DNA of 64,000 nt, from NCBI RefSeq assembly GCF_009914755.1, contig NC_060930.1, one strand, 5' to 3'. The notes beneath the pieces are model-generated. The model searched no databases. It saw nothing but the letters and a program-made list of their open reading frames with translations, and had not been told where the DNA came from. Each line of letters begins with the position of its first letter. Within the stretch, counting starts at the first letter, position 1. Below are positions 40,990 to 54,888 of the stretch, in pieces. Source of the DNA: the human T2T-CHM13v2.0 reference genome, Homo sapiens. Position numbers and translations under genes: made by a program.

Positions 40990-42512
40990 TGTTACATGTC
41001 AGAACTCCTAATGGCTTGATCCCAGACTTTCTTCTCTCTTCATCCTATGCGGCTGAGAAATCTCACCGTGACTCCAGTTACCCTTTAAGTGAAGGTGACT
41101 CCCAGACTCCTAACTCTGGCTGCAGCCTCTTTGGTAAGCTCAGAGTCTGCTCATCTAACCCTGATGTACAACCCGAAGTCAGCATACCCACGATGGAAGT
41201 GCTAACCTTTACGTCCCCCAACAGACGGTCTTCCAAGGTCCCGTGTGGGTACCTGGTGCCTGCAACCGTGCAGCTCTGCAAGCCAGACTGGGACAGCACT
41301 TTGGGCGACTCCTGCCGCCTTGCGCCCAGCCCAGCTCGTGTCTGCGTGTTGCCTCCCAAGTGTCTCCGGAATTCGACCATCTCTCTCCGTCTCCACAACC
41401 ACCATGCTCGTCCAAGCTCCCATGCCCATCGGTCTTCGTGAAGGTTCCTGCACCTTCCCAACTGCTCCCTCCACATCACTCTGCTCCCCGCGGAACACCT
41501 GGTGTGCTGCAGCCCGAGCGAGTTAGGAGAAACACGCTGCTCCCGCCCCATGCCACTGTCCCACTTCCTCTAACACCCGATTGCCCTGCACACTCGGGAT
41601 GTGCAGGGCCCATGGACATTTTTTCAAGGTGGGGAGTCATCCAAAGAGAAACCTATAAGATTATTTAAACTAAACTCTGAGATTAACAAAACAAAAACAA
41701 ACAAACAAAAAAACTCTCAAGAAAGCAGACTCTTTTCCACTGGCCAAGAACAGCAAAGCACACAGCCCAGACAGTGACCTCGGACAGGAGGACCATAGAC
41801 AGGACTCCAAGAAGCAGAGCCCAGAATTAGAGACAGAAACCAGGCCACATTGTTTACAGCCTGGGACAGGCCCTCTCCTGAGGTTTGTTTAGTTACGTGA
41901 TCCAGTAGTCCACCCACCTTGTTTTTCCTAAACCACGTTGACTCAGGTTTTCTGTAAAATAAACTAAAAGAATCACATTATACTTAACATGTAGCTGATC
42001 ACAGCATTGACCTCTTGGCAAAATGTGTCAATAGCTTCCCATGACCCATGGTTCTTAGGATAAAAACTAAAACTCCTTAATATGGCCGCCAAGGCCCTGA
42101 TGGATCTGGGCCTGTTTACCTTCCCAGCCAAATGGCAAAGCTCTCTGTGCCTGCTCTCACCTCCAGTAACATTGAGCTTGCCTCTGGGCCTTCACACAGT
42201 CCTCCTCCAACACGGTCTTTGCTCCGGATGCTCCTCCTCACTGCTTCATCCCCTACCTCCTCCTAGTCATTCACCTTTTCCTCCAGAGAGGCGATCCACA
42301 TGAGATTCCTGTCCCTTGCTTTCATAGAATCATGCTCCTTTCCTTCAAAATAATTTGCACCATTTATAATTAAATAATACTTAGTGTGATTATCTGATTG
42401 TCTGCCTCCCGCACTAGATAGCAAACTGAGCAATTATTGTAGATATCTGTGTCTGCTCAAAACTGCATCCCCAGCACCTGACATACATGGTGGGTGCTGG
42501 AAAATGCCTAGT
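40990..42512 (+). mobile_element. L2 relic, interrupted by an MLT1-like piece (~41740-41975)
   Basis: tgactcccagactcctaactctgg; ggataaaaactaaaactccttaatatggcc; 3' end tgcatccccagcacctgacatacatggtgggtgctggaaaatg. Confidence 0.65.
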
Positions 42513-43390
42513 GGGTGGGTGGATGGATAGATGGATGGGTGGATGGATGGATGGATGGATGGATGAATATATTGATGGGTGGACAGGTGGACACGTAGAT
42601 GGATGGATGGGTGGGTGGATGGATGGATGGATGGATGGATGGATAGGATGGATGGATTGATGAGTGGACAGATGGACAGGTAGATGGATGGATGGATGGA
42701 TGATGGGTAGATTGATGGGTGGACAGATAGATGCATGGATGGGTGGATGAATGGATGGACAGATGGACAGGTAGATGGATGGATGGATGGATGGATGAAT
42801 GCCTGGGTGGATGATGGATAGATTGATGAGTGGATAGACACGTGGATGGGTGGATGGATGGAATGTATGAATATATTGATGTGTGGACAGATGGACAGGT
42901 AGATGGATGGATGGATGGGATGGATGGATAGATTGATGGGTGGACATATGGACAGGTAGACGGATGGATGGATGGATGAATGGATGGATGGATGGATAGA
43001 TTGATGGGTGGACAGACGGACAGGTAGATGGATGAATGGATGGATGGATGACTGCATTGATGGATGATGGATAGATTGATGGGTGGACAGATAGACACGT
43101 GGATGGATGAATGGATGGATGGATGGACTGATGGGTGGACAGATGGACAGGTAGATGGATGAATGGATGGATGGATGGATGATGTATAGGTTGATGGGTG
43201 GACAGATAGATGTGTGGGTGGATGGATGGATTGATGGGTGGACAGATGGACAGGTAGATGGATGAATGGATGGATGATGGATAGCTTGATGGGTGGACAG
43301 GTGGATGCATGAATGGATGGATGGATGGATGATACATTGATGGGTGGACAGATGGACAGGTGGATGGATGGATGGATGGATGAATGGATA
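42511..43390. repeat. (GGAT)n complex array with ~60-bp higher-order units
   Basis: Recurring gattgatgggtggacagatggacaggtagatgga. Confidence 0.97.
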
Positions 43391-44857
43391 AATTGTCAAA
43401 GAACTTTGGATGGAGGAGTCAGAGACAGGAGCAATGAGAAGTTTCCGGCTTGAAATACCAGGTAGAGATGGTATCTGAGCTAGAAGGAGGAGAAAGGTGG
43501 GTAAGGAGGTGTTATTTGCATGTTACTATTTAAATGGAGGGGACACCAAGTGAGATGAAAGTTTGGAGACATGTTTCCCTCAATCACTGAGAGAAGCACT
43601 ATTCTATCACTCATCATCGAGTAAAAATATATTCAGATAATTTCAACCAGCCACAGTCTTTTCTCCACTGACTCCACAAACACACCTGAATCCAGATATT
43701 CCCAGGCCCATCTTTGTCGCTAGCTCTACCTGGCTCCTGTCACTGTGCCCCCTTTCTGCACCCCCCACCAACTTCACAGCCCTTCGAGCTGCCTGCCATT
43801 AATAACTCTGCACACAGAGCAATCCCTCTAAAACTTCACTAGACCCAAACAAGAAACGTTTATAATTTTACTTAATAAAGATAAATGTGAAAATCTAGCA
43901 TGTACACAAATGAATGACTAAAAAGAGTGCTTTTGCTCAAGACTGAAAAGAACATATTGCAGTCTTGATGTTCTTAAAGATGAGTGCGATCACACAGAAC
44001 CATATATGTTGCCAAGTTAAGGTGTAATTTGAACATAGCATACCAAGAGCTAAGTCAAGTCAGTGGTATTTTCAATGTAACCTAATTAAGTTAATTTTAA
44101 TTCCCCTTGGCATTATCTTCATGGTATATTATTTCTGATTATTCAAAAACAGGTGATTACAAAGACAGATTATTTTAAATATTCCATACAATGGGAAAAG
44201 TGCTTATTTTATGTTAATTGTTTAATTTCGAATTATGATTGAAGCTTTTTCTCGTGACGTTTTCATCTTGGTAATGGTTGTTTTTAAAATATGGAAAGAT
44301 TATGTGACACACCATTACTTTTAAATATAGTTTATACTGATGTTTGCTAGATGTAGACACAGAATTTATACTGGAAAATAGAGAGAGAAAGTAATACCTC
44401 CAAATAATTCAATTATCTATAATTTCATGTCATCAGTATAGTTATACCAGGATCTCTAATATTGTCTTCCTAATCCAGCTTAGTAGTTTCTCCCTTAGAA
44501 GTCACACATTTAAACAAAAAAATAAAAATAAAAATAAACAAAAAACTCCTAGTAACTGAAAATACGTACGGAAAGGCATTTGGCAACTCCACTTATGGCT
44601 GGAGCATAGAAATTGGAAAATGTTTAATTCAAATTAATTAATTAATTAATTAAAATAAACAAAAAACCATGCTGCTCCATTCATCCACAAAGGGAGAGTT
44701 GGGACTGCACCCAGAGGGGAATGAAGGTGGAATTGTAGACTCACAGGATTACAGCTCCCAGGGGCCACCTGTGGAGCCTCGTTCTTCCTTCTTCCTTAAT
44801 ACTCAGGTTCCATAGCGTAGCTGAACACATGGCATCCTGGAAAAGAAGACAGCTCAC

Positions 44858-45252
44858 TGACATGGTTTGGATTTGCATCTCTGCCCAAATCTCATGTCAA
44901 ATTGTAATCCCCAGTGCTGGAGGTGAGGCCTGGTGGGAGGTAATTAGATCGTGGAGGTGGATTTCCCCCTTGGTACTGAGTGGTGCTAGCGAGTGAGTTC
45001 CCGTGAGATTTGGTTGTTTAAAAGTGTGTAACACCTCCCTGCTCCTCTCTTCCTCCTGCTCCTGCCATGTGAGGTGCCAGCTCCCACTTCACCTTCTGCC
45101 ATGATTGAAAGTTCCCTGAGGTCTCCCCAGAAGCAGAAGCCGCCATGCTTCCTGTACAGCCTGTGGAATGGTGAGCCCATTAAACCTCTTCTCTTTATAA
45201 ATTACCTAGGCTCAGGTATTTCTCTATTGAAGTGTGAGAATGGCCTGACACA
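44858..45252 (+). mobile_element. MSTA solo LTR
   Basis: tgacatggtttgg...cccaaatctcatg...attaaacctcttctctttataaattacc...gacaca. TSD CTCAC/CTTAC. Confidence 0.92.
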
Positions 45253-45277
45253 CTTACCCACCTTCCCTGCAGCTAAG

Positions 45278-45682
45278 GGCTGTGGACTGAACTGGGTCTT
45301 CCTAAATTCCAAAGCTCAAGCCCTACTCGCAGTGGGATGGTGTTTGGAGGCGGGCCTTTGGGAGGGAACTAGGTTTAGATGAGGTCGTGCAGGTGGGTCC
45401 CCACGATGTGATTAGGGTCCTTATCAAAGAGGAAGAGTCCGGAGCTTGTCTCTCTCTCTCCGCCTTCCTGAGGAAAGGCCACGTGAGGACACAGCAGGAA
45501 GGCCGCCATGTGCAATCCCAGGCAGGAGAAACGGACCACCTGATTCTCACCAGGTTCTCACCAGACCATGCCAACATCTGGATCTTGGGCTTCCAGGCTC
45601 CAGAACTGTGAGAAATAAATTCACCTTGTTGAAGCCACCCATCTGCAGTACTTCATCGTGGCAGCTTGAATTGACTAAGACA
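45278..45682 (+). mobile_element. MLT1A-like solo LTR
   Basis: ccacgtgaggacacagc...ccagaactgtgagaaataaatt...gactaagaca. TSD CTAAG/CTGAG. Confidence 0.88.
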
Positions 45683-45724
45683 CTGAGTGTGGTCAGAGGT
45701 GTGTGAAGGTGTGGTTAACAACTA

Positions 45725-46740
<1,016 letters not shown>

Positions 46741-47196
46741 TGCAGGGGTGTCCTCAAGAGTGGCTCCCAGGGCTTACCTCCCTTCTTCTGGCTGCAGTGC
46801 CGGAGTGCGGGCCCCAGCTTGGGCTGTCATTTCAGACTGAGAGCTGGAAGCCATTGAGGTTGACTCAGCAGTGAGACAAAGGAGCCTGTACCCTGAAGCT
46901 CATATGCAGTCCCAGGCTGCTGCCCTATGATTGTGTTTAAGACAGTGGGGTGTGTGTGTGAGTGTGTGTGCATGTGTGTGCAATGACCACTTGCAGCCAA
47001 ACTCAATCCTGATTGACACATGGCCTGAGGACTGGGGCCTGGCTCCTTGCTCCTCTCCTTGGCCCTGTGTTCAGTCACTGCTCTGGAGCTGGTCTGCAAA
47101 GGGGCTCAGTGCCCTGGGAGGATGCTTCCTCTTCTTGCTCCTGTGTGATGAGGTTTACAGGATGGCAAAGCAGCTTGGCAATCGAGCTGAAGTGTA

Positions 47197-47925
47197 GATA
47201 CACACACACATACACACATACACACACACACACACATATTCATTTATACATACACATATACATATACACACATATGCACACACATATATTCATTTATATA
47301 TACACATATACATATACACACATGTTCATACATATGCACACACATATATGTTCATATATACACACATATACATACATATATACGTGCACACACATATATT
47401 CATTTATATACACACATATACACACATATACATACACACATATACATACATACACACATATTTATATATACACATATACACACATATATACACACACATA
47501 TACATACATATGCACACACATATATTCATTTATATACATACACTTAAACATACACACACATACATATGCACACACATATGTATTAATTTATATACACACA
47601 TACATATATTCATTTATATATACACACATATATTCATTTACATGTATACACAGATATACATACACACACATATACATACACACATATATTTATATACACA
47701 CATGTACTCATTTATATATACACACATACAGTTATATACATATACACATACCCACATACACACACATACATATATATACACACATGTTCATTTATAGACA
47801 CACATATATATTCATTTATATATACATGCACACATATATACATTTATGTACACACATGCCCACACACACACATATATTTATATATAAAACCATATAAAAT
47901 AATATATAAGTAATATACATAAACA
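47197..47925. repeat. Degenerate (CA/TA)n array
   Basis: Recurring catatattcatttatata and tacaca. Confidence 0.95.
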
Positions 47926-48691
47926 ATGCTTATGTCAATATTTCTATTTCATTTCATTAATTCATTGGAAACTCTGTTCATCTGTTAACAGAAAGCAAGG
48001 TGACAAACGTCTGTGTATTCCAAATGAATCAGATTTCAAAACTGACTGATTCTATAATAACAAAAAGTCAAAAGGTAAACTGTGGCCACCTGAGACTTCC
48101 CCAGTTATGGTGAAGGTGGGTAATTGTGGGCCCAGACAGGGTGTTTACAAAGAAAGAGAAGCCAGGGGCTTAAAATAACTGCACGTGGGCTCCAGGCGTA
48201 TTCTAAACTTGTGAAACAGCATGCTAGTCAGATGAATTTGGGTTGTGTGGAAAAAGAAATATTTAAATTCCTCTCTCTTCTCTGAGTGCTGTGGAATTCT
48301 TTTTAATAGAGAAAGATTAAAGCGAATGCCAGAGGGGTTGGTTCCAATATGAATATTTATTAAATGAGCTGAACAATGTATACTGGGTCAAAGGGGCCCC
48401 CGATAGGTCCATTCTCTTTGTAAATCGTAAGAAGGCCCTTTCAGTTAAAAATTGTGAAGAGTTAAACTAGAAAGGGAACCATAAGGTCAGTCTTTTTCTG
48501 ATGTCCTAAACCCACCCAGCTTCCTGAGATGTGCACTGTAGCCAACATGCTCCTCATCTCCTGGACATCAGTGATGTCGTCTCCAAGATCAAACGAGTCC
48601 AGAAAATTCCGAAATCAATTTCTAACGGGGCAACCCTAAATTGACCAGGGCATTCTATAACAGCGCTGGTCCCAGCCTGGCCACCCACCCC

Positions 48692-49235
48692 AGGATGTGC
48701 TGGAGCCTGCTTGCACCAGCTCCTAAGAGCCAATTAGTAACTTCTGGGGAATGTTTCAAACTAGTTAGTCACAGCCATGGTGAGAAAATGCAGAATTAAG
48801 GACCGTTCCCACCCCTGCAACTACACAAAAAGCTAAAGTGGGCCAATCACAGTTGGTAGTGCTGAAACTGACAGCTTTCATTTAATCAATAAAATTTGTA
48901 TGAGCTGACATGAGAAACCATTTAGGAGATCGTATCGCTTAACAATGAATGTATGGAGAAAAGTGACAGGTTGAAAATAGCCCCATTACCACACCATGGG
49001 TGGATTGTACCCAGAGACTGTCTGCAGATGTGAAAGCTGGGCAAAAACCACCAGAATGTCCTGTGGGCATGGGGTGGCTGCTCGGAGTGTGCAGTGAGTG
49101 TCCTATGTGGCTTTTTATTTGGAACTTGTGCAACTTGCCTCCTTTCTATCAGAAAGATTTATAACAGATATACAAAGATCCTCATAGGTACTTTTTTTTT
49201 CTGGAGAGCCAGTTGTTAAACATTTACCAGCACTG
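48692..49235 (+). mobile_element. MER63-like hAT-Blackjack element
   Basis: Left end gatgtgctggagcctgcttgcaccagctc..agagccaatt; right end ggagagccagttgttaaacatttaccagcac. Confidence 0.75.
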
Positions 49236-50965
49236 CTCCACCGCCCAACCCTCCTTCCCTCACCTCCTCCCACACACTCTCCTCCTGATGTAAAAATGCA
49301 TTTTCTAGTATCAGCTGGGGACTAATCCCATCCAAGTTTGGAGCATCTTGGGGTGAAGGGGCCCTTGTCTTGCTTTGGAAGTCCTTCAGAGCCAGAAACA
49401 TTTCACTTTTCATGGCGTGCCTGGAGGCTGGGAGGATCACCGGCTGCCTAGAAACAAGGTTGAAGTTTTGGAAAAAAGCCTTATTCCTGCAATTGTTGAT
49501 CCACAGATTTCCAGTGTTTCTTTAATGGGCGTTCTCCGGCCCCAGCAGCCTCGCAGGCGCTTGCTCACACCAACCCCACTCCAGGGCTTCAGACACTTTT
49601 GAAACCGCCTTTTGGACTCATGCTCAGGGCTGGTGTGTGAGCTAAAGAAGTAACCCAGTCATATTTCAGAATTTTCACCAAAAATGTTATTACCCAGCAT
49701 TATTTTTTATTTCATTTACCTGAAAAGCTCCAGACGATGGTGGCCTGTTTGTGCAGGAAAAAATACAACTTCAGAGCTGAAAAGCAGACGCCGTGGAGGG
49801 CGGGGGCATGAAGGAAGAGGAGAGACGTCTTCATCTCTAGGACGCATCGTTCAGGCCACAGAGCTAACATACGGCAAACCTGGACCTTTCCCGCAGTCAC
49901 GATCACTGGAGCACGTTCAGGGCCTGCAGGTGGTGATGGGCCGCGCAGTCGGGACCCTGGAGCTCTTCAACGTGCTTCATGGCACTGCTTCTCGACCTGA
50001 GATTCAAGGCTCCAGAGGCCCCACTGGCCACTCCGCTTCCGGGACCCCTCACACCTCCCAGCCGGGACTTGGGGAGGCACTTGCGAGAGGCTGCGTTTGC
50101 CGTTGCGCTCTCTGGAGCTGGAGAACCACTGGGCGACTCTGCGTGACTCCTGCACCCACTGTCAGGACCCCGGAAGCCAACCGGTTTGGAGAAAAGGGCC
50201 CACTCCTCACCGCGCTCTCTGCCCGCGGCCTGGCGCAGGGCCTCACGGGGCTGAGATCCTGATCACCAGGAGGAGCCACACCTGGCGGAGCCCCTCCTTT
50301 ACCGAGCCCATCTCAGGTGGCTGGTGAGGATGCGTGAAGGGGTAAACCGAGGCACCAGGAGGGCCTCCCAAGCACTGGCTGGGCACTTTCCCATTCTTGT
50401 TTAGTCCTCAGGCCACCCGCCAGTGAGGCGCACCCCAGGCCATCCCCTGATGAGCCTCAGAGGTAGCCAGGGAGATGCCCCCGCCCGTTTCACCCGCGCT
50501 GTCACTGCTCGCTGCCCCGTGAGCCAGCCTGGGTTCTGGGTGGCACCAGCGGCAGTGGCTCTGCCTTTGGGAGCCTGGGGACAGTGCTGGCTGCATGGAG
50601 CGCGGGCCTCTGCGGCTGCCACTCCTCCAACAGCCTTCAACACGCAGCAGCTCACACCAGCCCCTGGCTCCCAGGCCCCCTAGGCTCTGGAAACCTGTAG
50701 CCTCTCCCAGAGAGGAAGGGAGGTGCCTGAGGCTCTGCGGGGCCACCGTGGGGGCCGTGTACTGTGCACAGTGGCTCACAGGAGTCCCCTAAGAAGGCAT
50801 GCAACTCCGCAGGACAGACAGACCAGCCTCTGTCCTTTGCCTGAGGGAAGGAGACAGACAGCGAGCAGAGGATGCAGAGGAGCTGAGCTCAGAGCCACGA
50901 GTGTGTTATTGGAGATGATGTGTTGTGTGGTGATGGAGATGGTGTGTTTACAACACCTGAGGAGG

Positions 50966-51312
50966 CCAGAGGCTTTTCCTCACTCTGGGCACTCACTCCT
51001 CAGGGCCACATCTCAGCAGCCTCCTCAATAGCAGACCCCATGGGATGCATTTATCCCATGGCCTTGTACTCACCATTCATCCTGTCTGAAAGTCCTGGGT
51101 GTGGAGTGACTGGTTGGTGGCTGGTGGGTGGGGTTTCCACCAGCAGTGGGTGACAGCACTCTCCGCCAGCCGGGAACAGCCGTGTCCACACTGACCAGGC
51201 CCGTGGAGAGTGCTCAGCCTAACCTTAGAACACATTTGTAACTGAATGCACTGTTTTCAATTTGTAAGGAATAATTAAAATATTAAAGTTGTGAAATGTG
51301 AACAACACAAAA
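50966..51312 (+). pseudogene. Candidate 5'-truncated retrocopy of an mRNA 3' UTR
   Basis: AT-rich UTR-like end, ATTAAA at 51282-51287, A-rich remnant at 51301-51316, candidate TSD aacacctgaggagg/aaaacctggtgagg (11/14). Confidence 0.45.
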
Positions 51313-53279
51313 AAAACCTGGTGAGGTTATGAAGGCTCAACTGCACCAAAATCCTGGCCTCAAAACCAAAATCCTGACACTGACTCTCTTAGCAACGTTA
51401 TGGGGGCTCTGCAAAGCTGAGAAGCTGAGTCCCATATGAAGATAAAAGGCCGCGCCTGGATGGCTTGTGTGCGGCAGACGGGGAGGCTCCTCCTAGTCAT
51501 GCCTGAACCTTTGGTCTGAACTGGAGCTCCACGAAGTGACGCTGCCCTGGGATGCAGCGAACATCCGCCTCCCCGCTGTGGCCGCTGCATCCTCCGGGGT
51601 GTCCTCAGGTGGAAACGCACCTGAGCTGACAGGTGCAGGATGCTGAGGGCTGAGTGTCTCTGGGAGCACATCAGATGTGAGAATAAAAAGATAGTCAGAG
51701 ATTGCCCTAGCCCTGCCTGACGTGGAAAATCTGGAGTAAAATACATCAGTGACTCCTGCCAGGTCCGTGGGAGAGTCGTGCCAGGCGCTTGCCGTGTTTG
51801 GTGACAACCAAGAAAGAGCGGCTGTGACAAAGTCAATACTTCTCCACCCTCGGGTCCCCGCCCATCCCTTTCTGGAATCAGTGACTAACATTTCAGGGAG
51901 CACTGAGGTTGCGAGCTGATCTCTCCTTTACATGGGGCCATCCCCTTTTAGAATGAGCTTAAAGCCAGGTACTTCATGGACTGCCATGACGTACAACCTG
52001 TTGCCATGGAACCCCTTTCCACTCTCGGGAGAGGACAATCCATGCTCCTGGATTCTAGAGCCATGCCTACCACAACGTTACAGAGAAGACGTCTCTAGGA
52101 TTCTAGCCCTGCCTTTCAGACACGGATAATGTGGCCTGCAGATACCATCAGGCTCTTGTGAATACAATCATGAGGTCATAGTGTGCCCAAACAGACATGT
52201 CTCAGACAAACAGGAACCTGGGAAATGGCCACTGACATGGAGTCAGGTGCAACTTGCTCTCAGGGTGCAGAATGATTCTAGAGTCTGTGTTACGAAGAGA
52301 AGCCCAGATAGAAACTGGGGAACAGGTCCAGGGGGAGGTGACCAGGTGAGCAGAGCAGAGAATCCAGGACGGTGGCCAGAGGCAGGAGCAGAGCTGGGGA
52401 GCAGGCTTCAAGCTCATGCTTCCAGCACCTCTGTGTGTGCACATGTTATGTACATGTGTGTGCGTGCATATGTGTGTACTTGTGAGCACATGTGTGTCTG
52501 CATATTCGCATGTGTGTGCACATGCATGTGGGTATTGTGTGCTTGTGTGCACAAATGTCTTCCTGTGTTTATATGTATGCATTGTGCATACTTCTGTGTG
52601 CATATAAACATGCGTGTGCATGTGTGCATGTCTGTGCACGTGTGTGTGTTTCTGGGAGAGAAGATCAGGCCAGTTCAGACTGCCTGAGTGAGCACTGTAG
52701 AGAAAGGCAGGGAAAATAGCCTTTGCCAGCATTCTTGTTTGTCCAAAATAAGGGAAGCGGTTGGATTCTGAAGGGCGTGCTGCTGTAATTCTCATCACCA
52801 CTGTCCCCATCACTGTCTAATTCATGCAAACACTTGCCTGCAGCTGCTTCAGGAAAAGGCCTTTATTATCCCAGGCCCCTCCTCCCCCGTGCCTTCTGAC
52901 CCGCGTGCAGAGCCCTCGGGAGCCCATGTTTCCTGCCCATGTTTGTGGGAGCCTGGTGATGGGTTCCTCAACCTGGCCCTCCATGAGCCTCTTCAATCAC
53001 TTCTCCTTCAGAGAATGAATAGCCTCCCACACAAACATGAGTGATTGGGAACCTTGGGAACTGTGGAGGTTTCAGCTTAAATTCTTCTCTGAAGTTTTTC
53101 CAAAGCCCAGCTGACACTGAGCGTGTGGATTTGAGGAGAAAAGGACTTATGGGTTTCACCTGAAACTTGCAAGCTTAGTTTCCTTCAAAACGTACAACAC
53201 ATAGGCTGGATTCCTCCTCCACTGCTGATCCCCATCCCCCAAGCCACCACGGTTCAGATCGTGGAATTTAAAAGGGTAG

Positions 53280-53480
53280 TGTGCGCACACACACACACGG
53301 ATATGCAAACACATGTGTGTGCTCACAATTACACACACGCACACACGTACATAACATGTGCTCACATACAGAGGTGCTGGAAGCTTGAGCTTGAAGCCTT
53401 CTCCCCAGCTCTGCTCCTGCCTCTGGCCACCGTCCTGGATTCTCTGCTCTGCTCACCTGGTCACCAGCCCCTGGGCCTGT
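53280..53480 (-). other. Inverted local copy of 52322-52522
   Basis: ~200-bp reverse-complement match, ~5 mismatches in the ~112-bp unique part. Flanked by AATTTAAA on both sides. Confidence 0.95.
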
Positions 53481-53489
53481 AATTTAAAG

Positions 53490-53640
53490 AATTTCTCATT
53501 GGCTGTGTGACGTTGGGCAACTGACTTAACCTCTCTGTGCCTCAGCTGTAAAATGGACATAGTAATAATAATGCCCTCCCTCTCAAGGCTGTGGTGAGAA
53601 TAAAACAAGTAGATGCATTTGAAGTACAAGTGGCACCCAC
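53490..53640 (+). mobile_element. MIR
   Basis: gctgtgtgacgttgggcaactgacttaacctctctgtgcctcag. Confidence 0.88.
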
Positions 53641-53699
53641 CGTGTGTCACCTGTGTACGTGCATGTCATTCTCCCCGTGTGACCACTGGGAACGTCCAG

Positions 53700-54230
53700 G
53701 CCCACGCCGATCTCCAGGAGGAGGATTGGGGCCGAAGTTGAGTCGGTCACCCATGGCCAATGATGTAATCAATCACGGCTCTGTAACGAAGCCTCCATAA
53801 ACACCCGAGAAGACTGGGATGGAGGAGCCTCAGGGTAGCTGGCCTCATGGAGGGTGGTGCCTGCGGCCGGCAGGGAAGCTTCACCCCTCCCCCAGCCCTC
53901 ACCTACACATCTCTTCATTGACCGGTTCATCTGCGCCCTTTGCAATAAAGGGGTAAACATAAGTCGAGCGTTTCTCCGAGTTCTGTGAGCCGAGCTAGCA
54001 AATTAACCAAACCCAAGGAGAGGGTCTGGGAACCCTGATGTACACAGAGCCAGCCGGTCAGAAACACACGGGCTTGTGGTTGGCACCTGAAGTGGGGGCC
54101 TTCTCGTGTGACTGAGCCCTCAACCTGTGGGTCTGGAACTCATTCCAGCTGGACAGCGTCAGGATTGATTGAACTACAGGACCCGGGGCCCCTCCTGACG
54201 CTGCCCCTTTCGGAGGTGGGGACGCGCTTG
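53700..54230 (+). mobile_element. MER21-family LTR
   Basis: atggccaatgatgtaatcaatca..tgtaacgaagcctccataaa...gagttctgtgagcc..tagcaaattaa..aacccaaggag...gactgagccctcaacctgtggg. Confidence 0.8.
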
Positions 54231-54529
54231 TCTGGGTGAGCACCTGCTGGGGGTTTGACACTGGAAGACCTTCGAGGCAGCAGGAGGCTCAGGACCTCCC
54301 CAGAAGACCCTTCCCCTCTGACACTGGAAATACAAAGTTTCATTTCCACAAGCCCATGGTTTTGTGCTCACTCTGCACTAGGACGCAACACGGGGTCGGG
54401 AGAGATTGTGTGGAAAAATAAAACATGGCCAGACCCATTTTCTTACCAATTTTCAAGTGGATTTCGGGTATCAAATGATCATCTTTGTTTTTTTGTGCAG
54501 CAGGATATTAATCAGTGTTAGAGGGAGGG

Positions 54530-54855
54530 AGATTCTGGGACAGGCTGCGGCGCAGATGAGTCTTCAGGGCCGCTGAGTGACGCGAGCCAGCCACAGAGGA
54601 CAAATCCTGCCCAACTCCACTTAGGTGGGGTCCGAAGAGTTGTCAGGTTCATGGAGACAGGAAGGAGAAGGCAGGTGCCAGGGGCTGTGGGAGGGGAGGG
54701 AGTGTTTACCGACGACAGAGTTTCCGTTTGGGAAGACGAAGAAGCTCTGTGGGTGGAAGGTGGTGATGATGAACACACTTAATGCCTCCAAACTGTACAA
54801 TTAAAAATGGTGACAAAGGCCCCAGTGTTACGTGAAGCACATTTCACAGTGAAAA
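54530..54855 (+). mobile_element. L1MB-type 3' UTR end
   Basis: agccagccacagaggacaaat...acagagtttccgtttgggaagacgaa...aactgtacaattaaaaatggt. Confidence 0.8.
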
Positions 54856-54888
54856 TCACGCCTCATGGGGCCAGCCCGCTCCACTCGG

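Noticed and set aside
37796-43399. Long HT-rich and HPSI-rich ORFs
   Set aside because: Artefacts of the (GT)n and (GGAT)n arrays.
49780-50800. CpG-richer stretch and 192-aa ORF as a promoter or gene
   Set aside because: CpG enrichment is modest for this GC background, and the peptide has no recognisable homology.
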